Positions 47,829 to 57,439 of a stretch of 64,000 nucleotides of DNA are shown piece after piece (position 1 is the stretch's first letter; every line of letters starts with the position of its first letter). The position numbers and the translations under genes are program-made. Below the pieces are notes generated by a model. That model was given only the letters and a program-made list of their open reading frames with translations. It searched no databases and had not been told where the DNA came from. Source of the DNA: Chloroflexota bacterium (GTDB taxonomy: Bacteria > Chloroflexota > UBA11872 > VXOZ01); the NCBI GenBank assembly GCA_963663275.1, contig OY760183.1, positions 3,168,001-3,232,000 on the forward strand. The letters are read 5' to 3'.

Positions 47829-48156
47829 GGGTGCCCGTTCACACTTCGACAGGCTCAGTGCGAACGGGTGGGCAAGCGCGACTGCCTCCAGCCAGAAGGC
47901 GCTGAAGTCAAGCAGCGCTGGAATTGTCTCGCCCTCAGTGGCGCCGATTTCGCGCAAGGCTGGGCCGGTTCCGCGCTGCCCCGGTCTCGCGCTAAGCTGC
48001 GCCAGCATTGCGCTGGAGTCTAGGCTAGCGGGCCTGAGTTCGCCGCCGCTTGTATCTCCCCGCGCTAGCGGCTACAGTGATGCTGTCGGCGCGGCGCGAG
48101 TGCGCAGCCATACGCCCACAGTCCGCCCGACCGTCGCAATGCTGAAACGCAGGAGA

Positions 48157-49227
48157 ATGGCCCGCGTGCCTGCGACCGCGCCTGACAATTCCGCCTCCTT
48201 GGCGCACGACCGCCAACCCCCGGCGATTCAGACCACCGTAGTCGGCAGTTATCCGGCGCCGGCCTGGCTGCTGGCGCTGCCGAGCACGCCGGCCTTGCGC
48301 GACGCCATGCTGGCGGTCTTCAAGACCCAGGAACTTGCCGGCATCGACGTGGTGACCGACGGCGAACTCTCCCGGTTCGACGTCAACCATCCGGAGACCC
48401 AGGGCATGATCGAGTACTTCATCTCGCCGCTGGCGGGGGTGGATACCGCGTTCAGCCGCGCCGAGATTGCGGCGTTTCGCCAGCAGCCCGGTATGCGGTT
48501 CCGCAAGCAGCCGGCCGGAGTTGTACGGGACGTGATTGGCCAGGGCACGCTCGACCTGCCCGCCGCCGCGGCCGGCAGCGCGCTCACCACAAGACCCTAC
48601 AAATTCACCGTCACCAGCCCGTACATGCTGGCCAAGTCCCTGCTGGACCTCCACTATCGCGACGTGCGCCACCTCGCCTTCGCCATTGCCGACGTCTTTC
48701 GCGAGCAGGTGGCCGCAGTCGATGCCGCCGTGCTGCAGATCGACGAGGCCAACCTGGTCGGCTCGCCGCAGGACGGCGCGTGGGCGGCAGACATCCTCAA
48801 TCACGTCTTTGCGGATTTCGACGGGCGGAAGGGCGTGCATCTCTGCTTTGGCAATTACGGCGGGCAGACCGTCCAGCAGGGCCTCTTCAATGACCTGCTG
48901 CCCTTCTTCAACCGGTTGGAATGCGACCACCTGCTCTTGGAGTTCGCCCGTCCCGGTGACGCCGAACTGCCGGTCTTCAAAGACCTGCGCCCCGGGATCG
49001 CCTTGGGCATTGGCGTTATCGACATCAAGGACAACGCCGTCGAATCGCCCGACCTCATCGCCCGCCGCATCGAGCGCGCCGTAACGGTACTGGGGCCAGA
49101 GCGCGTCACGTGGGTACACCCCGACTGCGGCTTCTGGATGCTCTCCCGCATCGTGGCCGACCGCAAGGTGGCCGCGCTGGTCGCGGGCCGCGATCTCTAT
49201 CTCGGACGTAACGCCAATAAGGAGTGA
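48157..49227 (+). CDS. Cobalamin-independent methionine synthase II family (MetE C-terminal-like) protein
   Basis: TTVVGSYP, GIDVVTDGE, QIDE, HLCFGN, LEF, PDCG. Confidence 0.88.
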   Translation: MARVPATAPDNSASLAHDRQPPAIQTTVVGSYPAPAWLLALPSTPALRDAMLAVFKTQELAGIDVVTDGELSRFDVNHPETQGMIEYFISPLAGVDTAFSRAEIAAFRQQPGMRFRKQPAGVVRDVIGQGTLDLPAAAAGSALTTRPYKFTVTSPYMLAKSLLDLHYRDVRHLAFAIADVFREQVAAVDAAVLQIDEANLVGSPQDGAWAADILNHVFADFDGRKGVHLCFGNYGGQTVQQGLFNDLLPFFNRLECDHLLLEFARPGDAELPVFKDLRPGIALGIGVIDIKDNAVESPDLIARRIERAVTVLGPERVTWVHPDCGFWMLSRIVADRKVAALVAGRDLYLGRNANKE

Positions 49228-49230
49228 TCG

Positions 49231-50289
49231 ATGAGCGAACAAGCGCGGGTGGCCGTTGTCACCTCACCGACGGGTACCATGCACGTCGGCGGCTTCCTGG
49301 AAATCCTGGCGGCGCTGCCTGAGGTGGCGCAGGTGGCGTTGGTGACGCGCGGGGCCGATGACATAGAAGCCCACGCGCGGGAACAGCTTGGCGACCGCGT
49401 CATTGGCGCTTTTCCCGACGCGGAGGCGCTCTATGCGTCCTGCCAGCCGCAGCTTGCCATCGTCAGCCTGGAACCGCGCGACGCGCCCGCCGCCATCGCC
49501 GCCTGCCTGAGCCACGGCAGCCACGTCCTGGCGGAAAAGCCCGCCTGCTTGCAATGGGAGGAGTTCGCCGACCTTGCCTCTCTGGCCGATGAAGAACAGC
49601 GCAACATCGGCCTGGCGTTTGCCGCGCGGGGCTTTCCGTTCTTGCAGGACGCCAGAAGACTCGTCGCCAGCGGCACGCTCGGCAAGCTCTATGGCGTCGA
49701 TACCTACTTCATCGCCGACCAGACCCGCGTGCAGCAGGCCGAGTGGCAGGCCTCGTGGTTCTCGCAGCAGGCCCACGCCGGCGGCGGGCATCTGATGTGG
49801 CTGGGCATTCACTATATCGACCTGCTGCACCACCTCACCGGCCAGCGCGTCGTGGAAGTCGCCGGCCTCACCGCCGTCGTCGGCGGCGCGCCGATCGACA
49901 CGGAGGACGCCGCCGTGGCCGTGCTGCGTTTCGAGGACGGCATGGTCGGCACGTTGACCTCGGCCTACTACCTGGACCGCAACAAGCAGTCGCACCTCCA
50001 CCTCTGGGGTTCACAGGGCTGGCTGCGGGGACGGCCCAACGATTGGGAGAGCCTGGAGTGGTACAGCACGCATCCCGCCGAACGCTCCGCGCCCTACCGC
50101 GTGATCCGCTACGATGCGCCGACGAGCGACGCGAAACCCACGTATTACGGCCTGGTGCGCGCCGCCGTGCGCGGCGCGTTGGGATTGGCGGCGCATCCGG
50201 TCACCACGGCGGAATCGCTCCACGTCCTCAAGACGGTCCACGCCATCTACCGCGCCGCGGAGACCAGCCAGACCCAGCGCGTGGAGTAA
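49231..50289 (+). CDS. Gfo/Idh/MocA oxidoreductase
   Basis: HVLAEKP, GGGHLMWLGIHYID. Confidence 0.88.
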   Translation: MSEQARVAVVTSPTGTMHVGGFLEILAALPEVAQVALVTRGADDIEAHAREQLGDRVIGAFPDAEALYASCQPQLAIVSLEPRDAPAAIAACLSHGSHVLAEKPACLQWEEFADLASLADEEQRNIGLAFAARGFPFLQDARRLVASGTLGKLYGVDTYFIADQTRVQQAEWQASWFSQQAHAGGGHLMWLGIHYIDLLHHLTGQRVVEVAGLTAVVGGAPIDTEDAAVAVLRFEDGMVGTLTSAYYLDRNKQSHLHLWGSQGWLRGRPNDWESLEWYSTHPAERSAPYRVIRYDAPTSDAKPTYYGLVRAAVRGALGLAAHPVTTAESLHVLKTVHAIYRAAETSQTQRVE

Positions 50290-50402
50290 CCGCTACCGCC
50301 ATAGTGGTTGCTTGGCAGTGTTGACACGACAATTGCAAGTCCGTTCCATGAGTAGAGAGTTGCAATGGCTGTCAATCCGAGCGCAGCCCAAGGCCGCCTC
50401 CG

Positions 50403-50535
50403 TTGTCATTCCAATTGGAGCGCAGCTCGGGGCCGCAACCCTTGTCATTCCGAACAGAGTGAGGAATCTAGAATGTTAGGCTTACAGATTGTATGCGGTA
50501 TGCACCCCAGATTCCTCGCTGCCCTCGGAATGACA
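50403..50535. repeat. REP-like inverted repeat pair (TGTCATTCCGA...GAGGAATCT / AGATTCCTC...TCGGAATGACA)
   Basis: Long imperfect hairpin in the intergenic region. Confidence 0.7.
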
Positions 50536-50650
50536 GTCACGTACAACGTGCACATGACATGAGCGGTCAACACACAAAAGTAGCAGCGCAAATCCACACA
50601 GTAGCCAGGCAAGCGCACGCGCTGGCTGCGCAAGAATGAGGGAATAAGTT

Positions 50651-51763
50651 ATGAAACGCTACCGGGCCGCGCTGATTGGTTGCGGCAACATGAGCAGGTC
50701 GCACCTTGCCGCGCTGCATGAGATTGCGGCAATCGAGGTCGTCGCCGTGTGCGACGTCGACGAAGAACGCCTGCACGCGGTCGGCGACGCCTTCGAGGTG
50801 TCAAACCGCTACAAGGATTACCACGCCATGTTCGCCGCGGAGCAGCCGGACATGGTCTCAATCGCCACCCAGGGCCCGCAGCACTGCGCCGCCACCGTGG
50901 CGGCCGCCGCCCACGGCGCGCACGTGCTCTGCGAGAAGCCGATGGCGCTCGACCTTGCCGAGGCCGATCAGATGGTCGCGGCGTGCCGCAAGGCCGGCGT
51001 CAAGCTCGCCATCAACCACCAGGCCACCGTGCGCCCGTCCCTCAAGCGGATGCGCGCCATGATCGAAAACGGCGACATCGGCGAGGTCATCCTGGTACGC
51101 GGCAACAACAAGAGCGGGCGCAAGGCCGGCAACGAATTGATGGAAATGGGCACCCACGTCTTCGACCGCATGCAGTTCATCGGCGGCGCGCCGCGCTGGT
51201 GCATGGCGTACGTCACCTGGGAAGGAGAGGCCGCCACCGCCGCCCACGCCATGGATTCGCAGGAGATGAGTCCCCGCGACCGCGCCTCCGGCCTGGTGCT
51301 GGGCGAGCGGGCCTATGCCTTGTTTGGCATGACCCGCGCGCCGGTCGGCGAGTGCCAGTTCCTGGGCTACGAGCGTACGGACAGCCGGCTCTACAGCGTG
51401 GACGCGCTCGGCACCAAAGGCCAGCTTTCGTTGCGCGGCACCGGCACGCGGCGCGGCCAGGACGCGCTCTACCACTTGCCCGTGCCCGCGTTCTACCCCG
51501 CCGACCTGCAGGACGACCCCCAGTGGCGGCCGGTTGACGTGCCGGAAGAGTTCGCTCCCGAACTGGGCAAGGAGAGCATCACGCCGATCCTCCAGGAGTT
51601 GATCAAATCCATCGAGACCGGCAGCGAGCATCCGTGCAGCGGCGAGGCTGGCCGCCTGAACCTGGAGATGGTCATGGCGATGTACACCTCGCACCTGACC
51701 GGCGCGCGGGTTGACATTCCGCTGGCGCAGCGCGCGCATCCGCTCGAGCGGCGCCTGGACTAG
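50651..51763 (+). CDS. Gfo/Idh/MocA oxidoreductase
   Basis: IGCG, AVCDVD, HVLCEKPM, MGTHVFD. Confidence 0.9.
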   Translation: MKRYRAALIGCGNMSRSHLAALHEIAAIEVVAVCDVDEERLHAVGDAFEVSNRYKDYHAMFAAEQPDMVSIATQGPQHCAATVAAAAHGAHVLCEKPMALDLAEADQMVAACRKAGVKLAINHQATVRPSLKRMRAMIENGDIGEVILVRGNNKSGRKAGNELMEMGTHVFDRMQFIGGAPRWCMAYVTWEGEAATAAHAMDSQEMSPRDRASGLVLGERAYALFGMTRAPVGECQFLGYERTDSRLYSVDALGTKGQLSLRGTGTRRGQDALYHLPVPAFYPADLQDDPQWRPVDVPEEFAPELGKESITPILQELIKSIETGSEHPCSGEAGRLNLEMVMAMYTSHLTGARVDIPLAQRAHPLERRLD

Positions 51764-51778
51764 CGCCGCGCAAAACGC

Positions 51779-53335
51779 CTACGGACGCCGCCAGGAGCGG
51801 CCGTCCATGGCGATGAGCGCGTCGGCCTCGGGCGGCCCCCAGCTACCGGCCTCGTAGTTGGGAAAACTGCTGGCGGGGCTGGATTCCCACGCCTCGATGA
51901 TCGGCGTAATCAATCCCCAGGCGTATTCGATCCACTCGCTGTGGGCGAAGAGCGTGCGGTCGCCGCGCATTATGTCCAGTAGCAGCGTCTCGTACGCCGG
52001 CGGGGCTTCACCATTGAAGAGCGATTCATAGTCGAAGTTCATGCTCACCTGATGCACCCGGATGGTCTGGCCGGGAGACTTCACCCGGAATTGCAGCGAG
52101 AATCCCTCGTTGGGCTGCACGCGAATGACAATCGCATTGGGATTCAGCGTGTCGGCGGGCGTAAGCCCGAAGAGCAAATGGGGCACGCGCTTGAACTGGA
52201 TGGCAATCTCGGTCACTTTCTTCGTCATGCTCTTGCCGGAGCGCAGATAGAACGGCACGCCCTCCCAACGCCAGTTGTCGATGTAGAGTTTCAGCGCGGC
52301 AAAGGTCTCGCGGTTTGACTGCGGGTCGGTGTTTTCCTCTTCCCGGTACCCGTTGACGTATTCTCCGCGCACCCAGCCCGGGCCGTATTGCCCGCGCACC
52401 GCCCACTGATCGATCTGCGTGAGCGGGATCGGGCGCGTGGCCCGCAAGACCTTGATCTTTTCCGCCCCGACCGCCTCGGCGTCGAACACCACCGGCGGGT
52501 CCATTGCCACCAGCGAGTAGAGTTGCAGCAGGTGGTTCTGGAACATGTCGCGCATCGCCCCGGACTCTTCATAGTAGCCGGCGCGGTGTTCCACCCCCAG
52601 GCTTTCGGACGCCGTAATCTGCACGTGGTCCACGTAGCGGCGGTTCCACAGCGGCTCGAAGATGTGGTTCGCCAGCCGGAAGACCAGGATATTCTGCACG
52701 GTCTCCTTGCCCAGGTAGTGGTCGATGCGGTAGGTCTGGGATTCAGAAAAGACCCGCGCGATCTGCGCGTTGAGCGCGTGGGCGGACGCCAGGTCCCGGC
52801 CAAACGGCTTTTCGATCACGAGACGCCGCCAGGACGCGGCATCGTCATCCGCTCGATGCAGCCCCACCGCGCCCAGTTGCTCGATGACGTCCGAATAGAC
52901 GCTGGGCGGCGTGGAGAGATAGAAGACGTAGTTGGCGCCGCAGTTGTTCTCGGCGGAAACCGCGCCCAGCAACGCGGACAGCCGGCGGAAGTCTGCCTCG
53001 TTGTCATAGTTGCCGGAGACGTAGTGGAGCCGCCGCGCGAACTCTGCCCAGGATTCCTTGTCAACCGGCGTGTCGCCCGCGAACGCGCGCGCGGCGGACT
53101 CCATCTCGTCGCGGAAGATCGCGGTATCCCACTTGCTGCGGGAGAATCCCACGATCGCGAAGTTTTCAGGCATCAAGCCGCGCTGCTGCAAGCTATACAG
53201 CGCCGGCACGATCATGCGGCCGGTCAGGTCGCCGGTAGCGCCAAAGATGACAATGGCGCAGCCCTCAGGCCCGCGCGGCGCGGACGCGCTCTGTTCCTGG
53301 CCGGCGGCTCGCGACGCCTCCAGCATGGATGCCAT
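51779..53335 (-). CDS. zwf: Glucose-6-phosphate 1-dehydrogenase
   Basis: GATGDL, EKPFG, RIDHYLGKE, NWRW.GVPFYLRSGK. Confidence 0.97.
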   Translation of the reverse strand: MASMLEASRAAGQEQSASAPRGPEGCAIVIFGATGDLTGRMIVPALYSLQQRGLMPENFAIVGFSRSKWDTAIFRDEMESAARAFAGDTPVDKESWAEFARRLHYVSGNYDNEADFRRLSALLGAVSAENNCGANYVFYLSTPPSVYSDVIEQLGAVGLHRADDDAASWRRLVIEKPFGRDLASAHALNAQIARVFSESQTYRIDHYLGKETVQNILVFRLANHIFEPLWNRRYVDHVQITASESLGVEHRAGYYEESGAMRDMFQNHLLQLYSLVAMDPPVVFDAEAVGAEKIKVLRATRPIPLTQIDQWAVRGQYGPGWVRGEYVNGYREEENTDPQSNRETFAALKLYIDNWRWEGVPFYLRSGKSMTKKVTEIAIQFKRVPHLLFGLTPADTLNPNAIVIRVQPNEGFSLQFRVKSPGQTIRVHQVSMNFDYESLFNGEAPPAYETLLLDIMRGDRTLFAHSEWIEYAWGLITPIIEAWESSPASSFPNYEAGSWGPPEADALIAMDGRSWRRP

Positions 53336-53571
53336 CCCCTTAGCTGATTCTCGGTTTGTGCTCGCACCACATTATAGCGTGTTGCTCGCCGCGCCCAGCC
53401 GTATCAGGCAGGCGCGCGCCAGTCCTGCCATGTTTCCCAGCAGGATAATGAATCGCCTGAAACTATGCAAACCCGCCGGCCCAACTCTGAAAGGCACGGC
53501 CGGACAACATGCTCGTGTTGATTCCAACAGTGCGCAAGGGCTAGTCGTCCGCTATGGACGGCAGTTCAGAG

Positions 53572-53627
53572 CGTAGCGCGGGGGCTTGTCCCCCAGACGA
53601 CGGGGCGGTTCGCGAACCGCCCCTACG
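53572..53627. repeat. REP-like pair (GTAGCGCGGGGGCTTGTCCCC; GGGGCGGTTCGCGAACCGCCCCTAC)
   Basis: Both recur at 59279-59395. Confidence 0.75.
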
Positions 53628-53719
53628 CGGCTGGATTGCCTACGTAGCGAATCTCCGCGGCAATGACGGCTTGGGCAGCCCCCGGATTCGCGGTTTACCA
53701 CCGACCGGTCGCCGAGACG

Positions 53720-55408
53720 TCATCGCAGCCCCGTCAGCGCCTGTTCCAGCGCGGCCAAGCCTTCCCCGTAATCCGCCCCCAGGTGAACGCGCAGCACCCG
53801 CCGCCCGTGGCGTTGCAAGGCGCGCACGTCGCCCAGCGCCTGCGCCTGGAGGAACGTCCCGAACGAGTACGGCGCGCCGGGAATCGGCAGGTCATCGACC
53901 ACGTCCGCCGTGAGTTGCAGGCACACGGCGGTATCGGGCCCGCCTTTGTGCAGTTGTCCCGTGGAGTGGAGAAAGCGGGGGCCGTAGCCTAGCGTCGTTG
54001 CCGCCTGGGTTGCGGCGCGAATCGCGTGGCGGACGGTTTGCAGGCGGCGCTGCGCGGGCTCCTCCTGCGGCAGGTAGGCCATCAGCGCCACGTAATCGCC
54101 AGTCCCAACCTGGCCGAGGAAGCCGCGCAAGGCTTCACCCGCGCTCTCGCCCTGGCACTCCCCGTACACGGATAGAACACCGTCGGCGATGGCCGCCTTC
54201 TCAGCGGGGAGTCTTCCTTCTTCCGAATACGTTCGCAGGAGCGCGGCGGTGTTGTCCTTACTCTCCTGGACGTTCGGCTCGTCGAAAGGATTGACGCCGA
54301 GCAGGTGTCCCGCCACCGCCGTAGCCGCTTCCCAGCGGAAGAACTCCTGTCCCAAATCCATCCGGTCGGCCACTTCCAGGCGGATTACCGGATGTCCGGC
54401 GGCCGCCAGCGCCCGGAGCCGCCGCGCCGTATCCTCTTCACCGGCGCGCCGCAGCGCCACGTGCACGAAGATCCGGTCCGCGCCGTACGCTTCCGGCGCG
54501 CCAAGTTCCTCACCCTCGACCGGCACAATCCCCACGCCCCGCTTGCCGAGGCTCTCCGCCACAAGCTGTTCCAGCCACCAGCCCAGCGTGGCAATCTCCG
54601 GCGCGCAGACGAGCGTCAGCTTATCCCGCCCCTGCCTGGCGTGGGTTGCAAGTTGCGCCCCCAAGACGATGCCGGGGTTACTGGCCGCGCCTATCTCAGG
54701 CCCGCAGCGTTGCGCCATGGCCCCGGCGCGGGCGAGCACGTCGGCCACGTCCATACCCATAAGCGCCATCGGCGCAAGGCCGAAGAACGAAAGCGCCGAG
54801 TACCGGCCGCCGATGTCGGCGGGGTTGCGAAAGACGTGGCGAAAGCCCCGCGCGGTCGCCTCAGCGTCAAGCGGCGTGCCGGGGTCGGTGATGGCGATGA
54901 ATTGCGCGCCGGGCGACGCGCTCCCCGTCTGCGCGACCTGCTGCCAGAAGTAGTGGTAGAAGGCGTTGGACTCGCCGGTGGTACCGGACTTGCTGGAGAC
55001 GATGAAGAGCGTGCGCGCCGCGTCAACGGCGTCATGTACCGCACGCACGGCGCGCGGGTAGGTGCTGTCGAGCACGTGCAGCCGCGGCCAACCGGGGGCT
55101 GCGCCAAAGGTGGCGCGGCAGACGTCCGGACAGAGGCTGCTGCCGCCCATGCCGAGGACGACGGCGTCGGTAAAGCCTTCCGCCCGCGCCCTCTCAGCAA
55201 CGGCGCTGATTTCGGCAAGCCCAGACCCGCGCACGTCCGCAACGACGTTCAGCCACCCCAGGCGGTCGCGAATGGCCGCTTGCGCCTGTGGATCGTCCGA
55301 CCAGAGGGAGGTATCCTTCCGCCAGAGGCGCGCGCCTACGTCCGCGTGGGCAAGCGTCGTCACAGCCTGCGCAAGCGCACTGTCCGCGCCGCCGGTTTGC
55401 CCCGCCAT
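53720..55408 (-). CDS. pgi: Glucose-6-phosphate isomerase (type usually fused to transaldolase)
   Basis: GMGGSSL, SSKSGTT, IGGRYSALS, QLVAESLGK, NPFDEPNV, GPRFLHSTGQLHKGG. Confidence 0.92.
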   Translation of the reverse strand: MAGQTGGADSALAQAVTTLAHADVGARLWRKDTSLWSDDPQAQAAIRDRLGWLNVVADVRGSGLAEISAVAERARAEGFTDAVVLGMGGSSLCPDVCRATFGAAPGWPRLHVLDSTYPRAVRAVHDAVDAARTLFIVSSKSGTTGESNAFYHYFWQQVAQTGSASPGAQFIAITDPGTPLDAEATARGFRHVFRNPADIGGRYSALSFFGLAPMALMGMDVADVLARAGAMAQRCGPEIGAASNPGIVLGAQLATHARQGRDKLTLVCAPEIATLGWWLEQLVAESLGKRGVGIVPVEGEELGAPEAYGADRIFVHVALRRAGEEDTARRLRALAAAGHPVIRLEVADRMDLGQEFFRWEAATAVAGHLLGVNPFDEPNVQESKDNTAALLRTYSEEGRLPAEKAAIADGVLSVYGECQGESAGEALRGFLGQVGTGDYVALMAYLPQEEPAQRRLQTVRHAIRAATQAATTLGYGPRFLHSTGQLHKGGPDTAVCLQLTADVVDDLPIPGAPYSFGTFLQAQALGDVRALQRHGRRVLRVHLGADYGEGLAALEQALTGLR

Positions 55409-55410
55409 GG

Positions 55411-56538
55411 CTACGTCGCGGCCACCAGTTCGGCGCACACCTGCTCGATCCGTTCCAGCAGCGCGTGGTACGGCTGCACGAACTTATCCACGCCTTCCTG
55501 CTGGAGTTGCCGCGTCATCGCGTCGTAGTCCACGCCTACGGCGGCCAGCGCGTCCAGCACGGCCTGTGCCTGCGCCACGCCCGTGTCCACCGTTTGCGCC
55601 AGCGTGCCGTGGTCGCGGAAGGCGTCCATTGTCTCGTCCGGCAGGGTATTCACCGTATGCGGGCCGATCAGGTGATTCACGTACATCACGTCGGAATAGT
55701 CCGGATTCTTCGTGCTGGTGCTGGCCCAGAGCACACGCTGCACCCGCGCGCCCTTGGCCTCCAGCGCGCGGAAGCGCTCCGACTTGAAGAATTCGAGGAA
55801 GTGCTGGTAGGCAATCTTGGCGTTGGCAATCGCCACCCTGCCCAGGAGATCCTCCGCGCGGTCATCACCGGCTTGCGCGCGGGCTTCCAGCAGTTCGTCG
55901 GCCAGCGTATCGATGCGGCTGACGAAGAAACTCGCCACGGAGGCAATGCGGTCGATCGGCTCGCCCGCCGCCGCGCGCGCTTCCAGAGCGGAAATGTACG
56001 CCTCGGCCACACTGTCGTAGTCGCTGAGCGAGAACATCAACGTAATGTTGACGTTGTGCCCCTCGATGAGCATCTGGCGCACCGCGGGAATGCCCTCGTC
56101 CGTGGCCGGAATCTTGATCATCACGTTGGGGCGGGCCACCTGCCGCCAGAGGCGGCGCACCTCGGCGATGGTGCGCTGGGTATCGAAGGCGAGTTCCGGC
56201 GACACCTCGAGACTGACCAGGCCGTGCTCGCCGCCGCTGGCGTCGTACACCGGACGCAGCACGTCGCACGCCGCCTGGATGTCCGTGACCGCCACTTCCT
56301 CGTAGATATCCGCCGTGCTCTTGCCGCTGGCGTGCAGCGCGCGCAACTGGTCCCGGTAGTCGCCGCTGCCGCTGATTGCTTTCTCGAAGATGGCCGGGTT
56401 CGACGTCATGCCCCGCAAGCCGTCGTTGTCGATCAACTCTTGCAGTTGACCCGATTGAATCAAACCGCGGCTGATGCTGTCCAGCCACACGCTCTGGTCG
56501 TAGTCCTGCAACTGTACAAGCCTGTTCAGTTCCGACAC
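55411..56538 (-). CDS. tal: Transaldolase
   Basis: SVWLD, TSNPAIF, SLEVSP, MIKIPAT, FFVSRID, LWASTSTK. Confidence 0.96.
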   Translation of the reverse strand: MSELNRLVQLQDYDQSVWLDSISRGLIQSGQLQELIDNDGLRGMTSNPAIFEKAISGSGDYRDQLRALHASGKSTADIYEEVAVTDIQAACDVLRPVYDASGGEHGLVSLEVSPELAFDTQRTIAEVRRLWRQVARPNVMIKIPATDEGIPAVRQMLIEGHNVNITLMFSLSDYDSVAEAYISALEARAAAGEPIDRIASVASFFVSRIDTLADELLEARAQAGDDRAEDLLGRVAIANAKIAYQHFLEFFKSERFRALEAKGARVQRVLWASTSTKNPDYSDVMYVNHLIGPHTVNTLPDETMDAFRDHGTLAQTVDTGVAQAQAVLDALAAVGVDYDAMTRQLQQEGVDKFVQPYHALLERIEQVCAELVAAT

Positions 56539-56638
56539 TTGGCGCCTCCTCTATGCCGGCTCGAATGCGAATGCTGTCCGTAAGTCGTTTCCCTCTTGCC
56601 GTTTTGCGCTATCGTGTTATCGTGCCAAACCGTTGGCA

Positions 56639-57106
56639 TTAGGCACGGCCGGCCTCGCGTTCCGCCTGTTCCAACGCCGTGACTTTCGCCAGGCGGCGCG
56701 CGTGCCGTTCTTCACCCGTGAATTCGGCGGCCAGGAACGCCGCCACCAACTCCTCCATCACCGCCGGACCCACCACGCGCGGGCCCAGGCACAGCACGTT
56801 GACGTTATCGTGCTCCACCGCCTGGTGCGCCGAGTACGCGTCGTGGCAGAGGCCGGCGCGGATGCCGCGCATCTTGTTGGCCGCAATGCTCGCGCCCACG
56901 CCGCTGCCGCAGAGCAGGATGCCGCGGTCCGCCTCGCCGCGCTGCAAGGCCTCGCCCACCAGGCGCGCATAGTCCGGGTAATCGTCGGCCGGATCCAGTT
57001 CGTGCGGGCCAACGTCGAGCACGTCGTGGCCGGCGGCCTCGAGCGACCGCCGCACCGCGTCCTTGCTGGCCAGTCCGTTGTGATCCGCGCCGATTACGAT
57101 ACGCAT
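56639..57106 (-). CDS. rpiB: Ribose-5-phosphate isomerase B
   Basis: IGADH, DDYPD, CGSGVG, ANK, HDNVNVLCLG, RHARR. Confidence 0.96.
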   Translation of the reverse strand: MRIVIGADHNGLASKDAVRRSLEAAGHDVLDVGPHELDPADDYPDYARLVGEALQRGEADRGILLCGSGVGASIAANKMRGIRAGLCHDAYSAHQAVEHDNVNVLCLGPRVVGPAVMEELVAAFLAAEFTGEERHARRLAKVTALEQAEREAGRA

Positions 57107-57229
57107 CAGCCCTGCCTCCCGCTCTATCCTACCGGATTTGGCAGGCAAGGCGCTAGATTCCGTTGGCGCTCCAGTTTCGTTGGCGTGCCCGCTCCGTCCG
57201 CGCTGAGCACGTCTTTGATTCTACCAATC

Positions 57230-57416
57230 CCGTTCGTGCTGAGCCTGTCGAAGCACATTCAGCGTGGGCGCCGCCACACCGTTCACCCTTCGACTTTGCT
57301 CAGGGCGAACGGTGTGGCGGCGCCCGATTCTCCCGGGCCCGTTTACGCTTCGACAGGCTCAGCGCGAACGGGGCCGGCGCTCAACGCAAACAAGGTCGGC
57401 GCTCAGGGTGAACGGG
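57230..57416. repeat. REP-like cluster (CCGTTCGTGCTGAGCCTGTCGAAG / CTTCGAC..GCTCAG.GCGAACGG)
   Basis: Several copies in alternating orientation. Confidence 0.75.
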
Positions 57417-57439
57417 GCCGGTAGCAGCGCCCACGTCCT

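Noticed and set aside
53720-56538. Stop-codon readthrough giving fused Tal-Pgi
   Set aside because: pgi ATG is 2 nt after the tal stop in a different frame; two separate genes suffice.
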